Assembly (NCBI RefSeq): GCF_000341895.1
Contig: NC_020409.1
Coordinates: 1,050,001-1,082,000 of the forward strand
Direction: 5' to 3'
Length of the DNA: 32,000 nt
Origin: Pseudodesulfovibrio piezophilus C1TLV30
Lineage (GTDB): Bacteria; Desulfobacterota; Desulfovibrionia; Desulfovibrionales; Desulfovibrionaceae
Part shown: in pieces, positions 1 to 7,962 of the stretch
Position numbering within the stretch: the first letter of the stretch is position 1
How the letters are laid out: the number at the start of each line of letters is the position of its first letter
The notes under the pieces: generated by a model
Databases searched by the model: none
What the model was told of the DNA's origin: nothing
What the model saw: only the letters and a program-made list of their open reading frames with translations
Program-made: the position numbers and the translations under genes

Positions 1-1
1 C

Positions 2-955
2 AATGCTGAATATGTTCCCATCTCTCCCCTGGTCCTGAGACCGGATACCAAAGGTCAATTCGACATATTCCTGCGGCGTGGCACCAACTACGTCCTCTTC
101 AATGCGAACTCTCTTGTCATTACACGCGACAAGATTCAAGAGTTGGCACACAATGAAAATCCGCATCTCTACATAGATAGACAGGGACTGGACCACTACA
201 AGCGTTACATTCAGGAAAATATAGCTGATCTTCTTGACGATGACAGTGTTGCCCCGGAAGAACGGGCCAAGGCATGGGCTGGCACTGCCACACAGCTTGG
301 TAAAGAACTTTTTGAAAAATCGCTCCCTGGCAGAACTTTTGAACGCAGATTTCAACGGTTCACCAAACTGATTGAAAATTCGAGCAGGTTCCTTCAATCT
401 CCCAAGTCACTCAAAGAGCTTTCCCGGTTCATCAGTAAAGGATATGAAGCATATCATCATGGTATTTCAACCATGGTATATACTGTCAGCCTGATGCAGG
501 AATACGATTATGACGATGCCAAAATTCTCGCCTGCGGCATGGGAGCCATGCTGCACGACATAGGCAAGACCGGATTACCAAAAGAAGTCGTGGAAAGCCC
601 CCACGAAGATTTGACCGATGAGCAAAAGGAACTGTTTGTCCTGCACCCCATGATCGGTGCGAGAACGTGCTCTGCCTTCAACCTGCCCACAGCCGCGTCC
701 AACTGCATCCTGTTCCACCATGAACGGGAAGACGGAACCGGGTACCCCACCAAAGCAAAGGGCAGTGAACTCCCCATCCACACCAAAATTCTCGCCCTTT
801 GCAACGTCTATGACAACCTGACCCGGACAACACGCCATGACAAAGCACTCACTCCATTCAACGCACTCAAGCGGATCATGGATGATGAAGGGCTGGTGGA
901 TAAATCAATTCTCAAAAAATTCGTTGAAATGCTTTCACGGGCAGAAATTGTTTAA
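2..955 (+). CDS. HD-GYP domain protein (putative c-di-GMP phosphodiesterase), 5'-partial at window edge
   Basis: The ORF track starts at a TTG (143). The same frame stays open back to base 2 (NAEYVPISPLVLRPDTKGQFDIFLRRG...), so the gene probably begins upstream of the window. The HDIGK and HHEREDGTGYP motifs form the HD-GYP signature. Confidence 0.8.
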   Translation, partial: NAEYVPISPLVLRPDTKGQFDIFLRRGTNYVLFNANSLVITRDKIQELAHNENPHLYIDRQGLDHYKRYIQENIADLLDDDSVAPEERAKAWAGTATQLGKELFEKSLPGRTFERRFQRFTKLIENSSRFLQSPKSLKELSRFISKGYEAYHHGISTMVYTVSLMQEYDYDDAKILACGMGAMLHDIGKTGLPKEVVESPHEDLTDEQKELFVLHPMIGARTCSAFNLPTAASNCILFHHEREDGTGYPTKAKGSELPIHTKILALCNVYDNLTRTTRHDKALTPFNALKRIMDDEGLVDKSILKKFVEMLSRAEIV

Positions 956-1009
956 CCGCTTGAGAACTGCATCGGCCGAGACATTCCCCTTGCCCCGCAG
1001 TCCTCTTAC

Positions 1010-1690
1010 ATGGTAGCCGACCTCATGTTTGATATCTTTTCACCAGACGCGCTTGAACGCTACGTTATCCTCGCGCCGGGCTTGCTGATAGCCTTGGTCG
1101 CCCATGAAGTCGCTCATGGCTATGTCGCTTACCTTCTGGGGGATCCAACAGCTCAATCTCAGGGCCGCCTGACGCTCAATCCTCTCAAACATCTTGACCC
1201 CATCGGGACGCTTGCCTTTTTCTTCGTTCACTTTGGCTGGGCCAAGCCGGTTCCGGTGAATCCTCGATACTTCAAGGATGTTCGCTTCGGGATGCTGCTT
1301 ACAGCCATTGCCGGTCCGGGCGTAAATTTCATACTGGCTGCGGTGTTCGCCATAGTTATGCATATTCTCACGACCATACAGTTCCAATCAGGGACACTCT
1401 GGGAATCGATTATTGTCCCATTCTATCTGATTTGCCAGGCTGGGGTATACGTCAATCTGATCCTTGGCATTTTCAATCTGATCCCCATACCGCCTCTGGA
1501 CGGCAGTAACGTTCTGGCATACTTTCTTCCTCCGCGGATAGCGCAGCTGTACATGAGCCTGAGCCGATATGGGTTCATTGTGCTCATCGGCCTCATCCTT
1601 ATTGGACAATATTCCGGCTACAGCCTTATCGGCCAAGTAATTTTCCCACTGGTTCGCGGATCGGCTGCCCTCCTGGGCATTAACCTGTAA
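1010..1690 (+). CDS. Site-2 protease family (peptidase M50) membrane metalloprotease
   Basis: HEVAHG (HExxH) sits in a hydrophobic segment and the second M50 motif is NLIPIPPLDG. The protein has multiple predicted TM helices. No clear SD precedes 1010, so the exact start is uncertain. Confidence 0.8.
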   Translation: MVADLMFDIFSPDALERYVILAPGLLIALVAHEVAHGYVAYLLGDPTAQSQGRLTLNPLKHLDPIGTLAFFFVHFGWAKPVPVNPRYFKDVRFGMLLTAIAGPGVNFILAAVFAIVMHILTTIQFQSGTLWESIIVPFYLICQAGVYVNLILGIFNLIPIPPLDGSNVLAYFLPPRIAQLYMSLSRYGFIVLIGLILIGQYSGYSLIGQVIFPLVRGSAALLGINL

Positions 1691-1705
1691 CAAAAGATTT
1701 TCATC

Positions 1706-2695
1706 ATGAGCGACAACAAACGCATTCTTTCCGGCATGAGGCCCACAGGCCCCCTTCACCTCGGTCACTATTTCGGCGTCATCGCCAACTGGCTCAAGCT
1801 CCAGGAAGACTATGACTGTTTCTTCTTTGTCGCCGATTGGCATGCCCTGACCAGCGAATACTCCGACCCGACTCGTATCAAGGGATTTGTTCCCGGACTT
1901 GTCAAAGATTGGATCGCAGCCGGGCTTGATCCAGAAAAGTGTACCATCTTTCAGCAGTCAGTGGTCAAGGAACATGCAGAGCTGTATTTGATTCTTTCCA
2001 TGATCACCCCCTTGGGTTGGTTGGAACGCAACCCGACCTACAAGGAAATCAAGGGAGAACTGGTCCAAAAAGACCTCAGCACACATGGTTTTCTGGGATA
2101 TCCCGTTCTTCAAGCCGCAGACATCCTGATGTATAAGCCTTTTGCTGTACCAGTAGGAAAAGATCAATTGCCACATCTTGAACTGACCCGCGAAATAGCT
2201 CGTCGATTCAACCACCTGAACAAGACCGAATTGTTCCCGGAACCGGCCGACATGCTCACAGAGGAAGCGAAACTGCCCGGTCTCGACGGACGCAAAATGT
2301 CCAAGAGCTACGGCAACTCCATCAAGCTTTCTGAGCCGTTGGAAGAAATTTTGCCTAAAGTTCGGAGCATGAAAACCGATGAGAACCGTCTGCGGAGAAC
2401 AGATCCGGGGAACCCGGATATCTGTAATTTATACCCTTATCACAAGCTAATGACCGACCCAGCCAAGCTGCCCGAAATTCAGGAAGGATGTCGTAATGCG
2501 TCATGGGGATGTGTGGACTGTAAAAAGGTTCTCATGGAATCCATGGAAAAATTCCTGACACCGCTCCATGAGCGCCGTGCAGCCTGTACAGATGAACGAG
2601 TGGCAGAGATTCTGGAAGCCGGTAACAAGAAAGCGACCGAATTCGCCATGAAAACCATGGATGAAGTTCGCAGTGTTCTGAATCTGGACTTCTAA
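1706..2695 (+). CDS. trpS: Tryptophan--tRNA ligase
   Basis: 329 aa. The N-terminus SGMRPTGPLHLGHYFG is a HIGH-type motif, KMSKS is present, and the size and layout are typical of class-I TrpRS. It lies 15 nt downstream of the M50 gene, so the two are probably an operon. Confidence 0.9.
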   Translation: MSDNKRILSGMRPTGPLHLGHYFGVIANWLKLQEDYDCFFFVADWHALTSEYSDPTRIKGFVPGLVKDWIAAGLDPEKCTIFQQSVVKEHAELYLILSMITPLGWLERNPTYKEIKGELVQKDLSTHGFLGYPVLQAADILMYKPFAVPVGKDQLPHLELTREIARRFNHLNKTELFPEPADMLTEEAKLPGLDGRKMSKSYGNSIKLSEPLEEILPKVRSMKTDENRLRRTDPGNPDICNLYPYHKLMTDPAKLPEIQEGCRNASWGCVDCKKVLMESMEKFLTPLHERRAACTDERVAEILEAGNKKATEFAMKTMDEVRSVLNLDF

Positions 2696-2730
2696 TTCCG
2701 AATCTGGACTTCTATTATATAGATATATCC

Positions 2731-2760
2731 GGGAGCCTTTTGATACAAGGCTCCCATTTT
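2731..2760 (+). terminator. Rho-independent terminator after trpS
   Basis: The hairpin is gggagcc(2731-2737)/ggctccc(2749-2755) with an 11-nt loop, followed by ATTTT. Confidence 0.6.
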
Positions 2761-3011
2761 CCATACTGTTTCTCCCCCTAGTGCTGCTGAGACAAATTTT
2801 CAGATGAATTATTTGTATTGCAGTGTCTTTAACGATACAGAGATGGAAACCAGTAACCCGCCTCGTGCGTCCTCAGTCATGGAACGCACCATCCCAGTAA
2901 AGACGATACGGGATGTGGGGCTGGGATAAGGGGAGAGGGGTGCCCTAAAAGACAGGCTCCTCTCTCCTCTTACTCCAGCCGCTGGAGGACCAACCCCCCA
3001 AAGGAGTTAAC

Positions 3012-3440
3012 ATGACCGCACAGCAAGGTAGCACCGTCAAGGTTCATTACACAGGTACCCTCAAGGATGACGGCAGCCAGTTCGATTCAAGTGAAGGTCG
3101 TGAACCGCTTGAGTTCAAGTTAGGCGAAGGTATGGTTATCGCTGGCTTTGAGCGCGCAGTCCTCGGCAAATCAGTCGGCGAGACCGTCTCCGTGGAGATC
3201 CCGCCAGAGGAAGGCTATGGTGAGCCTAATGATGAGCTTGTTTTTCAAGTTCGCAAGGAACAGATTCCACCCAATGTCGAATTGGAAGAAGGCATCATGC
3301 TGGAAATCCGTTCGGAAGACGGCACACCTGCTTATGTGCATGTGACGACAATCGAAGAAGATCTGGTCACTCTGGATGGCAATCATCCCTTGGCAGGAAA
3401 AATCCTCTGTTTTGATATAGAGGTTGTTGAAGTCATCTAA
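3012..3440 (+). CDS. FKBP-type peptidyl-prolyl cis-trans isomerase (SlyD/SlpA-like, short form)
   Basis: 142 aa. VKVHYTGTLKDDGSQFDSS...PLEFKLGEGMVIAGFE is the FKBP core, there is an insert-in-flap-like segment, and the C-terminus is NHPLAGKILCFDIEVVEV. A good SD (aaaggag) lies 6 nt upstream of the ATG. Confidence 0.85.
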   Translation: MTAQQGSTVKVHYTGTLKDDGSQFDSSEGREPLEFKLGEGMVIAGFERAVLGKSVGETVSVEIPPEEGYGEPNDELVFQVRKEQIPPNVELEEGIMLEIRSEDGTPAYVHVTTIEEDLVTLDGNHPLAGKILCFDIEVVEVI

Positions 3441-3471
3441 TATATTAATGATTGATTGATATCACATTCAA

Positions 3472-3506
3472 AACCCGCTTCGGCCTTTATTGGACCGAAG
3501 CGGGTT
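3472..3506 (+). terminator. Hairpin terminator after the FKBP gene
   Basis: A perfect 12-bp stem aacccgcttcgg(3472-3483)/ccgaagcgggtt(3495-3506) with an 11-nt loop. The T-run after it is weak (cttg). It lies inside the N-terminal extension of tracked ORF 3456.., which argues for the later start of that gene. Confidence 0.6.
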
Positions 3507-3536
3507 CTTGCACAAGAGACAACAGGACGAAAAGTG

Positions 3537-4727
3537 ATGAGTATTTCCAAACGATGCTGCGAATTGACCCCATTTCTTGTCATGGAGATTCTTGAACAGG
3601 CCCAGGCCATGGAGCGCGCCGGGAAGTCCATAATCCACATGGAAGTGGGCGAACCCGACTTTGATACTCCTGACTGTATCAAGCAAGCATCATGCGAAGC
3701 GCTCGACAAAGGGCAAACCCACTACACACACTCGCTGGGGATACTGGAACTTCGAGAAGCCATAGCCGAAGATTATCGCATGCGCTACGGCGTCACTATT
3801 GACCCCGGAACCATCGCGATTACACAAGGAACAAGCCCCGCGATGCTGGCGCTGTTCTCCTCAATTCTGGAAGATGGCGACAAGGTCATCACCTCGGACC
3901 CATGCTACGCTTGTTACGACAATTTCATCACGTTTGCCGGTGCCGAGCCCATCAAAATTCCAGTGCGCGAGGAAGACTCTTTCCAGTTCAGGGTTTCAGC
4001 CATTCGCGAAGCCATTGAAACCAATGAAAGTGTCAAAGCAATTCTCATCAATTCCCCGGCCAACCCAACTGGGACGCTGCTGTCTGCGGAACGCATGCAG
4101 GCCATTGCTGATCTGGCAGAAGAAAAAGGTCTTTGGATAATTTCCGATGAAATCTACCATGGACTGGTCTATGAAGGAAAAGAACACTCTATCCTGGAGT
4201 TTACAGATAAGGCCTTTGTCCTGAATGGATTTTCCAAACTCTACGCCATGACAGGATGGCGATTGGGATACATGATCGCACCGCACGATTTCATTCGTCC
4301 CCTTCAGATCATGTGCCAGAATTTTTTCATCTCCGCCAATACCATGGCTCAATGGGGAGGTGTGGCCGCACTCAAGAAAGCGGACCTCGACGTCGCACGC
4401 ATGCACGGCATCTACAATGAACGACGTATTTACATGCTCGACCGTCTCAAGAACATGGGATTTCATATCAAACACGACCCAACCGGTGCATTCTACGTTT
4501 TGGTCAACATGCGCCACCTGGCAGCCAAATTTGACGGATCATCACTGCAACTGGCTTACGACATGCTTGCAAACGCTCAAATCGGAGTGACACCAGGCAT
4601 AGACTTCGGCAAAAATACCGAAGGGTTCATTCGCTTCTCCTATGCCAATTCCATCGAGAATATCAAAGAGGGCATGGATAGACTGGAACGCTATCTGATG
4701 GCCCACTCGGACGTCCATCCAGCATAG
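3537..4727 (+). CDS. Class I/II PLP-dependent aminotransferase (aspartate/aromatic aminotransferase-like)
   Basis: The PLP-lysine motif is NGFSKLYAMTGWRLGY and NSPANPTG is present. The N-terminus MSISKRCCELTPFLVMEILEQA is typical of the family. I moved the start to the ATG at 3537 because 3456-3536 overlaps the upstream terminator hairpin. Confidence 0.85.
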   Translation: MSISKRCCELTPFLVMEILEQAQAMERAGKSIIHMEVGEPDFDTPDCIKQASCEALDKGQTHYTHSLGILELREAIAEDYRMRYGVTIDPGTIAITQGTSPAMLALFSSILEDGDKVITSDPCYACYDNFITFAGAEPIKIPVREEDSFQFRVSAIREAIETNESVKAILINSPANPTGTLLSAERMQAIADLAEEKGLWIISDEIYHGLVYEGKEHSILEFTDKAFVLNGFSKLYAMTGWRLGYMIAPHDFIRPLQIMCQNFFISANTMAQWGGVAALKKADLDVARMHGIYNERRIYMLDRLKNMGFHIKHDPTGAFYVLVNMRHLAAKFDGSSLQLAYDMLANAQIGVTPGIDFGKNTEGFIRFSYANSIENIKEGMDRLERYLMAHSDVHPA

Positions 4728-4733
4728 AAAAAC

Positions 4734-4760
4734 AGAGGCCGTTGGACAATAACGGCCTCT
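4734..4760. terminator. Bidirectional hairpin terminator between convergent genes
   Basis: The stem is agaggccgtt(4734-4743)/aacggcctct(4751-4760) with a 7-nt loop. On the minus strand it is followed by gttttt. Confidence 0.7.
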
Positions 4761-4767
4761 CCTCTGC

Positions 4768-5391
4768 TTAGACGACGATATTCAACCCGGTATACGAACT
4801 TGTTCCCTGTCCAAAGCCGAGAACAAGCCCTCCCCCATCAAACCAACTGGTCGGGTCACTGTTGTCCTCATACCACCAGGAAAGAGATTCCTGCTGAATA
4901 TTCTGTTTCAACTCCGTTGCACTCAACTTTGAGTTGGAAACACTGGTCAACTTTCCAAGCTGGATAATCTTTTGAAATTCGTCAATCTTGTCTGGATTAT
5001 CCTCAAAATACTGATCAATGATCGCCTTATCAGGATGTCCACTGGTCACAGTCACCTTGCCGGTTGTCGGATCGTACGTCAGTGGATACTCTGCATCGGG
5101 GTCAACGCCAAGTTCCTCAAGGTCGGCCTTGACTGATTCGTCCCAAGCCTCCTCCAATTGCTCCCGATATTCATCAACATCCTTGAAAGAGAGCTTTCCG
5201 TCATTTCCTTTGGGAACCTCTGACAGCAGCGACTGAATCTGACTGCTAATCTGAGACTGCCATGTCGTGCTTGCAGAAGAACTGCTGCTCGCACTACTTG
5301 AACTTGACGTAGTTGAAGAATTCCCCAGTGTGGTTTGAAGCAGGGAATACGTATCCGAATAATTGAGAGAACTAATGCCATCAGTGGACAT
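4768..5391 (-). CDS. Hypothetical Ser/Thr-rich acidic protein (no recognisable domain)
   Basis: 207 aa. The N-terminal tract is SSTTSSSSSASSSSSASTT, the middle is acidic and the C-terminus is Gly-rich. There is no signal peptide. The SD GAGGAA lies 6 nt upstream of the ATG at 5391, a sigma-54 promoter lies upstream and a terminator lies downstream. Confidence 0.7.
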   Translation of the reverse strand: MSTDGISSLNYSDTYSLLQTTLGNSSTTSSSSSASSSSSASTTWQSQISSQIQSLLSEVPKGNDGKLSFKDVDEYREQLEEAWDESVKADLEELGVDPDAEYPLTYDPTTGKVTVTSGHPDKAIIDQYFEDNPDKIDEFQKIIQLGKLTSVSNSKLSATELKQNIQQESLSWWYEDNSDPTSWFDGGGLVLGFGQGTSSYTGLNIVV

Positions 5392-5445
5392 AACTGTTTC
5401 CTCTTCTCTTGAGGTTACGGGAAATATTTTCCTGCTTTGTTAAGA

Positions 5446-5461
5446 AGCATAAGACGTGCCA
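5446..5461 (-). promoter_or_regulatory. Sigma-54 (-24/-12) promoter for the Ser/Thr-rich protein gene
   Basis: The minus strand reads TGGCACGTCTTATGCT. GG and GC have the canonical spacing (TGGCAC-N5-TTGCW) and only one consensus position deviates (A for T before TGC). The -12 element is about 55 nt upstream of the ATG. Confidence 0.6.
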
Positions 5462-5480
5462 TCGAATATTAAGACATGAC

Positions 5481-5490
5481 GGGGGGGGGG
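5481..5490. repeat. G10 (C10 on the coding strand of the downstream gene) homopolymer tract
   Basis: Exactly ten consecutive G, flanked by c and t. The tract is intergenic, 19 nt upstream of the -24 element of the sigma-54 promoter. Confidence 0.95.
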
Positions 5491-5532
5491 TGAAGCAACC
5501 ATGGAGGGGCCAGAAAGAATCAAACTATGCAA

Positions 5533-5570
5533 CAAATAAAAGGGATCGGTTCCCCGATCCCTTTTATTTG
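5533..5570 (-). terminator. Rho-independent terminator after the CysK/CysRS-like fusion gene
   Basis: A perfect 17-bp stem caaataaaagggatcgg/ccgatcccttttatttg with a 4-nt loop and T-rich 3' arm and trailer. It lies 36 nt after the stop at 5606. Confidence 0.75.
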
Positions 5571-5605
5571 TTGTGGCAAGACGTTATTTCGTTACAAAAT
5601 AATGG

Positions 5606-7885
5606 CTATTTCCTGAAGACACGAGGGAAGGTCGAAGTATCTTCCAACCGAAATCCCGCTTTGGATATTTCATTTCGCAAGGCATCCGAAGCTGAAAAAT
5701 CCTTTTCCTCACGGGCTTTTTGACGATCAGTCAAAAGCCCTTTCACTTGTGCGGGAAGGTCTGAAAATGGAAGAGGCATTTGCGCATGGTCAAGAATACC
5801 GAGAAGACTATCCACGCCCAGCAATTCGTCAAGACAGAGACGAGCGCTGGCTGTGTTCAGCTGTCCAGCCGAAGCCCATCCGTTGACTCGTTTCACAAAT
5901 TTAAAAAGCACTGGCCAAAAATGATGCAAGGCGAGATCATCACTCACTGCCGCCTTCAAGCCCGCTTTGAGATTGAAGACTGCCTGCCTGACTCCCTCGG
6001 AGACGTCTTCTCCATTCACATCCAAAGCCAGAGTGAGTGCTATTGCCCCTTCCTGAATCCTCCGCCAATTACGCGCCCACATGGTCAGATTCTCATCCGA
6101 AGCACAAAGCGGCTTACGACTCGCTACAGAGAGGAGCCAGAAGCGGGCAGCATGAAACCCACCGAGTTTTTCAGCCACGCTTGCCAAATCCTGATCAGCG
6201 CAGTCTGTAGACTGCTGACACACAATCCAGGCCTGAAGTTCACGCCCCGAGGCTGACCAAATTGCACGAAGATTCTCCAGATGAGGGAATCGATGTTTTT
6301 CACTCCCAATAATTATATCGGTACGCGGCATGGCTGTCAGAGCCATGGCTGCATGTTGCAGAAACCAACTGGGACGAACATTTCCCCATTGGGTTTCCAA
6401 CACTTCCCCCTGTTTGAGATCAAGGAGAGAAGCACGTTTGAGCAGGGTAAAATCCAGCGGATTATCTTTGACATAGGCATCGAGATCGACTGTCCGGCCA
6501 CCAGAGACCTTATCCATATCGACAGTCCCGATCTCGCCATACCGCTTGTCACGGAACACATCGAAATAAACCGATCGCAATTTCTCGTATGCCAATCCCT
6601 TACCCAGTAACTTTCCACACAACTCCACAGACATGGTGTTGCTTGTCGTGGAAAGAGGGAATTCAATGGCCTGCGTCACCCCCATCTGAGCAGCACGGGC
6701 AAGGATATCTTCTCGACGTTGCATGGCAAAAGAGCTTCGTGATGTATGCTCCTTCCGAGCTGCCGCCAGTGTTCGATCATCCATGTCGGTCAATCCCACG
6801 GCAGCTTCAGTCGGTACTCCCCGTGCCGCTAACTGCCGTGTCAGGACATCAAGAAGCACCACCCGTCGCCATGCATCCAGCCCATCCGGGTTATCCAGGC
6901 TCGGTCCCATTGAATAAAGACCAAGCCCTCCCGTGATGGTAATTTCCTTCTCTGCACCTGATGCCATGTCAAAAACGTTCATCCCACTCGCCGCTCGTTG
7001 GCGATACAAATGAGTAGAAAGATATCGCTCCCCACTATCCGGGAAAATGGTGACCACAAGCCCAGTATCCAAACGTTCTGCCAACTGCATGGCTCCGGCC
7101 ATAGCTGCACCGGAACTCATGCCCGTGAAAAGTCCCTCTTCACGGGCAAGGCGGCGACAGGTTTCAAAGGCAACCTCGTCATCAACATGCACAATCTCAT
7201 CGAGCCATGCCTTATTGTAAATACCTGGAGGATAGGACTCCAACATGTTCTTCAGTCCCTGAATCTTATGACCCGCGTTCGGCTCTACCGCCGTCACATG
7301 CACATCCCCCATCTCGTGCAACCGTTTGGCAACTCCCATGGCTGTTCCCGAGGTACCAAGAGTCATGATGCAATGAGTCACCGCACCATGGGTCTGATCC
7401 CATATTTCAAGACCAGTACCAGTATAATGGGCATCGATGGATGCGAGATTGTTGAACTGATCCATCAGGACATACTTGTCAGGTTCCTCGCGAGCGTAGC
7501 GGTACGCCTTTTCTATAGCTCCATCCGTTGACAGATGTCCTGGGGTCAACTCCAGCTCCGCACCATAGGCAGCCATAATCATCTTTCGTTCTTCACTGGC
7601 TGTCTCGGGCATAAGCAATTTAATGCGATATCCCTTGATGGCAGCGACCATCGCCAGTCCGACACCGGTATTCCCCGACGTCGCCTCTATAATAATCTTG
7701 TCTCGTGTCAGCTCACCAGACGCCTCGGCAGCCTCAATCATGGCCACTGCAACCCTGTCCTTGATCGATCCCCCGGGATTCTGAGACTCGATTTTAGCCA
7801 AAATCTTGACATTCGGATTCGGATTGAGGTGGCGTATCTCCACCATCGGTGTGCCACCGATCAGCGTCAGCAGGTCTTTATTCAT
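5606..7885 (-). CDS. Fusion protein: PLP-dependent cysteine synthase (CysK/CysM-like) N-domain plus degenerate cysteinyl-tRNA synthetase-like C-domain
   Basis: 759 aa. Residues 1-296 carry GGSIKDR (PLP Lys), TSGNTG, GTSGT and GMSSGA. Residues about 305-759 align by eye with CysRS across the catalytic, anticodon-binding and C-terminal parts (LTDMDDRTL, VRPSWFLQHAAM, FPHLEN, ARFWLLS...SDENL, KAREEKDFSASDALRNEISKAGFRLEDT). HIGH and KMSKS are absent. There is no stop at the junction (YRQRAASGMNVFDM, about 6985). Confidence 0.8.
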   Translation of the reverse strand: MNKDLLTLIGGTPMVEIRHLNPNPNVKILAKIESQNPGGSIKDRVAVAMIEAAEASGELTRDKIIIEATSGNTGVGLAMVAAIKGYRIKLLMPETASEERKMIMAAYGAELELTPGHLSTDGAIEKAYRYAREEPDKYVLMDQFNNLASIDAHYTGTGLEIWDQTHGAVTHCIMTLGTSGTAMGVAKRLHEMGDVHVTAVEPNAGHKIQGLKNMLESYPPGIYNKAWLDEIVHVDDEVAFETCRRLAREEGLFTGMSSGAAMAGAMQLAERLDTGLVVTIFPDSGERYLSTHLYRQRAASGMNVFDMASGAEKEITITGGLGLYSMGPSLDNPDGLDAWRRVVLLDVLTRQLAARGVPTEAAVGLTDMDDRTLAAARKEHTSRSSFAMQRREDILARAAQMGVTQAIEFPLSTTSNTMSVELCGKLLGKGLAYEKLRSVYFDVFRDKRYGEIGTVDMDKVSGGRTVDLDAYVKDNPLDFTLLKRASLLDLKQGEVLETQWGNVRPSWFLQHAAMALTAMPRTDIIIGSEKHRFPHLENLRAIWSASGRELQAWIVCQQSTDCADQDLASVAEKLGGFHAARFWLLSVASRKPLCASDENLTMWARNWRRIQEGAIALTLALDVNGEDVSEGVRQAVFNLKAGLKAAVSDDLALHHFWPVLFKFVKRVNGWASAGQLNTASARLCLDELLGVDSLLGILDHAQMPLPFSDLPAQVKGLLTDRQKAREEKDFSASDALRNEISKAGFRLEDTSTFPRVFRK

Positions 7886-7962
7886 GGCATTCCCCTGAAA
7901 TCATGGGCAAAGTATTATCATTGAGTTCCAGCACAGTAGGGCATTCTCTCTCTCTGCGCAAC

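Noticed and set aside
2804-2929. 41-codon ORF (MNYLYCSVFNDTEMETSNPP...) in the trpS-FKBP spacer
   Set aside because: It has no SD, an unremarkable composition and no supporting features. It is most likely a chance ORF.
3456-3536. Upstream start of the aminotransferase ORF
   Set aside because: The extension is encoded by the terminator hairpin of the preceding gene. The conserved aminotransferase N-terminus begins at the ATG at 3537.
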